Of a DNA stretch of 64,000 bases, positions 62,144 through 64,000 are shown in pieces. The stretch comes from Albugo candida (lineage: Eukaryota), in the NCBI GenBank assembly GCA_040437565.1, contig JBDOQK010000038.1, positions 186,001-250,000 on the forward strand. The letters run 5' to 3'. The translations under genes were made by a program, and so were the position numbers. Numbering within the stretch: position 1 is the first letter of the stretch; each line of letters begins with the position of its first letter. The notes beneath the pieces are model-generated. The model had not been told where the DNA came from, did no database searches, and was given only the letters and a program-made list of their open reading frames with translations.

Positions 62144-64000
62144 GTCGCGTACTTTAGCAAATAAAATAATTTGCCAGAAAATTCATTTCTTTTTCTTGTT
62201 TTAAGTCTCTTTACGCACGTAGTCAACCAATTTCTTGAACATATGTTTTGTTTGTCCGCTTTAGGCACGAAATAATCAACACAACACGTTCAATCCGCGT
62301 TTGTTGCTTCTTCACGCGCAGTATTGGTCAATGTACCTGTAGTAGGCGTAGAGCGAAAGTCTCAGTACCGCAGTCTTATGCCCAACTATCGACTCGTATC
62401 ACAGCTGTCACTCTCCCTCCTTTCTAACACAGTGGCGCTCACCAACGTCTGGACATAGCAGTTCTAGTGCTACAACATGTCATTCTGGTTCTCATTGTGT
62501 CATGAACGAACAACATGCAACAACGGAACGCCAGAGTTGTCCAATAATTGAAGTTAATTGGCAACTCGTCTATCTCCCAACCCAATTTGTTAGACTTCAC
62601 AGAAGAGAAAGATCGCAACAAGTACTCGTCTGATAGAATCAAAGTTTTACAGTACGCGAAATCGCGTCTCCTTGAAGGCATTGCTATCAGTCGTTATCCT
62701 ACTCTCAGTTGGAAAAAGCTATTGCATGTAGCTATCTTTCTTATGTGAAAGAAAGTCATCAACAAGAGAGATACAATATTCAGCAGATGAATACAAACTG
62801 ATTCGCAAACAAAACCCATTCAATCTTAATGTCGCGTTCCTTTCGCCCACGCATCCAATGACAGAAGCGGTAACCAAGCGGATTAATAGCGGCAATACAC
62901 GCTGCTGAGAACCGAAACAGTGGACTGCTTTCCATTCTCCTATACATTTTCTCTGCTTGAAATCCTTACCAGGTGTCGTAATGAGATAGTAATTTCAATA
63001 TATCCAATAGGCCACATGTTGACTCCTCAGCATTGCTTACTATTGTGATAAATTGGAAAGTGTATATTTGTGGATAGGTCCTTAGTTCACTGTTGACTAA
63101 TCTAAGTCTATACCACAGTTTTCTCTATCGTAAAATCTATTCCGTTTGCAACGACATTGCCAACACTGACTTTCCGCGGAACCAATCGTTGGATGTACTC
63201 CGAACATTCTCAGTTGAAAGTTCGTGTGAGTAACATAGATTCCCGAATGTTTTCTTCAACATAACTCTGCTACCTCAATGAAAATAAACTTCCAGAATGA
63301 ACTTGATGCATTGTATTCTACGATTAGACTTTATTGGGTACCGAGTCTTATAATGTTGGATTTATCACATCCAGATTGGCACCCGACATACAAATTTGTT
63401 GCGAACTGACGTCGTCAGCTAGTAATCAGACGATTTGTTTCCTTCCACCAATCGGAATATACGCGGAGTAACTTCACAACATCTTTCTTTCCCTTCAATC
63501 TTCTTTCACTTCGGCACTTCATTCTTGCACGAATCATGTTGAGGAACATAAGTCACAGGATTAAGCAGCACTATCAGTCAAGAAATACCGCAAACAACTT
63601 AGGAGATGGACGAGACTATAGTCTATACTATTGGATGACTTCTCTTTCGAGTCACTTCACTTTCAGGGTTGATATCGCTCCAACATCAGATATCGTGCAT
63701 CCCCAATTTGTCAACAAGGTCAACTGAAAGGCTTCTCTTCTTAACCCCAAAATAGTTCTTGCTTAGTCCCATTCTCCAAGTAGGATTGATAAAACCACCA
63801 ATGCCGAGCCTCAGCTCTGCTTTTTAGTACTGCACAGCGTCGATGCTCCTCATGCGCACGGATAAACTACTATTCTTCTTCAAAACTGCATACCTCACTG
63901 TCAGGACAATAGCACCAAAAGAAAGCTGTAAGAACAACATACATTAGACGAAGGATGGAACTAATCACGGCGTTCTAAGCCTTGTCTGAGTTGCAAGCTG

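Noticed and set aside
62400-64000. Gypsy remnant (minus-strand purine tract AAAGGAGGGAGAG-TG at ~62408-62425 and chromodomain-like EYLLR...WE)
   Set aside because: No convincing RT, RNase H or integrase motif could be read; needs a profile search.

Overview
Eukaryotic DNA, almost certainly an oomycete. The evidence is short GT-AG introns of 51-57 nt, INR+FPR-type core promoters, an HSF-family factor and Phytophthora-type Copia remnants. The compact, AT-rich style suggests an Albugo-like biotroph, but that is inference. The window has two compartments. (1) A gene-dense island at about 8.6-21.5 kb: a secreted protein, HSF transcription factor, PH-domain protein, HTH/UPRTase-like fusion, Tim17/22-like protein, DHHC palmitoyltransferase, ribosomal protein L10a/uL1, FYVE-like protein and a coiled-coil protein. 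(2) Gene-sparse flanks (0-8 kb and 22-64 kb) with MULE and Copia debris, nested segmental duplications and the main finding. That finding is a cluster of about 15 loci of one divergent family of ~200-aa secreted Cys-rich proteins: signal peptide, degenerate 2-Cys PAN-like domain, small CBM1-like Cys module lacking aromatic residues, and a PAN/Apple domain (CBEL-like). Only two copies look intact (23353-23958 and 40365-41317). The rest are at every stage of decay, yet one subfamily keeps a ~600-bp upstream module with fixed-position motifs. Sixteen 100-N scaffold gaps, many with duplicated flanks, inflate apparent copy number and were treated as assembly artefacts. All homology calls were made by eye; no database search was run.
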